From Stegostoma tigrinum (lineage: Eukaryota), in NCBI RefSeq assembly GCF_030684315.1, contig NC_081362.1, forward strand, positions 43,861,744 through 43,925,743: a DNA stretch of 64,000 bases. The letters are read 5' to 3'. Position numbers and translations under genes: made by a program. The first letter of the stretch is position 1. Each line of letters opens with the position of its first letter. A model generated the notes under the pieces. That model did not search any database. It was not told where the DNA came from and saw only the letters and a list, made by a program, of their open reading frames with translations. This document shows positions 62,676 through 64,000 of the stretch, in pieces.

Positions 62676-63941
62676 TCAGGCTTGCCTTCATTGCTCAGCC
62701 CATTGAATATAGGAAATGGGAAAAGGACATTGGTGAGGCCTCTTCAGGAATACTATGCCCAGTTCTGGTCACCCAGTTTGTGGGAAGGGTATTATTAAGC
62801 TGGAGAGGGTTCAGAAGAGATTTGCCAGGATGTTGTTGGATATGGAAAGTAAGGAGGCATGGGATTCAGGGAAATTTGGTTGTCTGGATACAGAATTGGC
62901 TGTCCAATAGAAGACAGAGGGTGGCAGTGGATGGAAAGTATTCAGCCTGGAGCTCGGTGGCCAGTAGTGTTCTGCAAGGATCTGTTCTGGGACCTCTGTT
63001 CTTTGCAAATTTACTAAATGACTTGCATGAGGAAGTGGAAGTGTGGTTTAGTAAGTTTACTGGTGACACAAAGGTTGGTGGAGTTGTGGATAACGTGGAG
63101 GGCTGTTGTAGGTTACAATGGGATGTTGACAGGATGCAGAGCTGGGCAAAGAAGTGGCAAATGGAATCCAACCTTAAAAAGTACAAAGTGATTCATTTTG
63201 GGGGGTTGAATTTGAATGCAGAATACAAGATCAATGGCAGGATTCTTGGCAGTGTGGAGGAACAGAGAGATCTTGGGTCCACATCCAGAGATCAAACTTG
63301 ACAATGAAACTGATCGCATTGTTAAGAAGGCGTATGGTGTGTTGGCTTTCATTCACAAGGAGGTTGAGTTTAACAACCGCAAGGTTATGCGCAACTCAAG
63401 AACACCCTGGTTAGACCACACTTGGAATATTGTGTTCAGTTCTGGTTGCTTCATTATAGAGGGGGTGTGGAAGCTTTAGAGAGAGTTCTGATGCTGCTTG
63501 GACTGGAAGGCAGGTCTTACAGGGAAAGGTTGAGGGAGCTAGGGCTTTTTTCTTTGAAGTGAAGAAGGATGAGAGGTGGCTTGATCGGGGTGTACAAGAT
63601 GATGAGAGGTATAAATGAAATGGGTATCCAGAGACTTTTTCCTAGGATGGAAATGGCTATCATGAGGGGGCATAATTCTAAAATGATTGGAGGAAAGTAC
63701 AGGAGAGATGTCAGAGGTAGGTAATTTGCACAGCAAGTGGTGGGTGCATGGAATGCGTTGCCAGCAGTGGTTATAGAGTCAGATGCATTAGGGACATTTA
63801 AGTGACTCTCGGATAAGCACATGGATGATAGTAAAATGAAGAGTATGCAGGTTAGTTTGATCTTAGATACGGGAAATAGGTCGGCACAACATCGTGGGCT
63901 GAAGGGTCTGTACTGTGCTGTACTGTTCTATGTTGTATGTA
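62676..63941 (+). mobile_element. Two nested or adjacent CR1 fragments
   Basis: 62676-62848 is a late-RT segment (LAFI..YR, ERVQKRF). From ~62849 the sequence restarts earlier in RT (VRRHGIQG, QGSVLGP, KFTGDTKV) and runs to a tgttctatgtt tail. Confidence 0.85.
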
Positions 63942-64000
63942 CTGGCTTGGCAGATTTCGGGTAAATAGAGCTGGATGTTTCCTATTGTTCTGTATTGTAC

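Overview
Eukaryotic, repeat-dominated vertebrate DNA, most likely a cartilaginous fish (shark). This is inferred from HE1/V-SINE-type SINEs, a Deu-domain SINE, abundant CR1 LINEs and Penelope-like elements (PLEs). I see no intact host protein-coding gene; there is only one candidate small exon and an H2B pseudogene. The window is a mosaic of decayed CR1, RTE and other non-LTR LINEs, Gypsy-type LTR remnants, Harbinger remnants and two PLE families (RT + GIY-YIG). The most striking signal is about 20 copies of a minimal hammerhead-ribozyme motif (CTGANGA-stem-GAAAC-GTC). These occur (i) at PLE 3' ends, (ii) as ~130-bp monomers and (iii) as ~170-250-bp fold-back elements that can carry a hammerhead on each strand. 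Many are bounded by 12-17-bp target-site duplications (TSDs) that can be read directly. They form a structural series from large PLE insertions with an inverted 3' arm down to a nearly perfect ambisense double-hammerhead hairpin (51730-51927). Boundaries of old, decayed repeats are approximate. Family names come from motif recognition, not from a database search.
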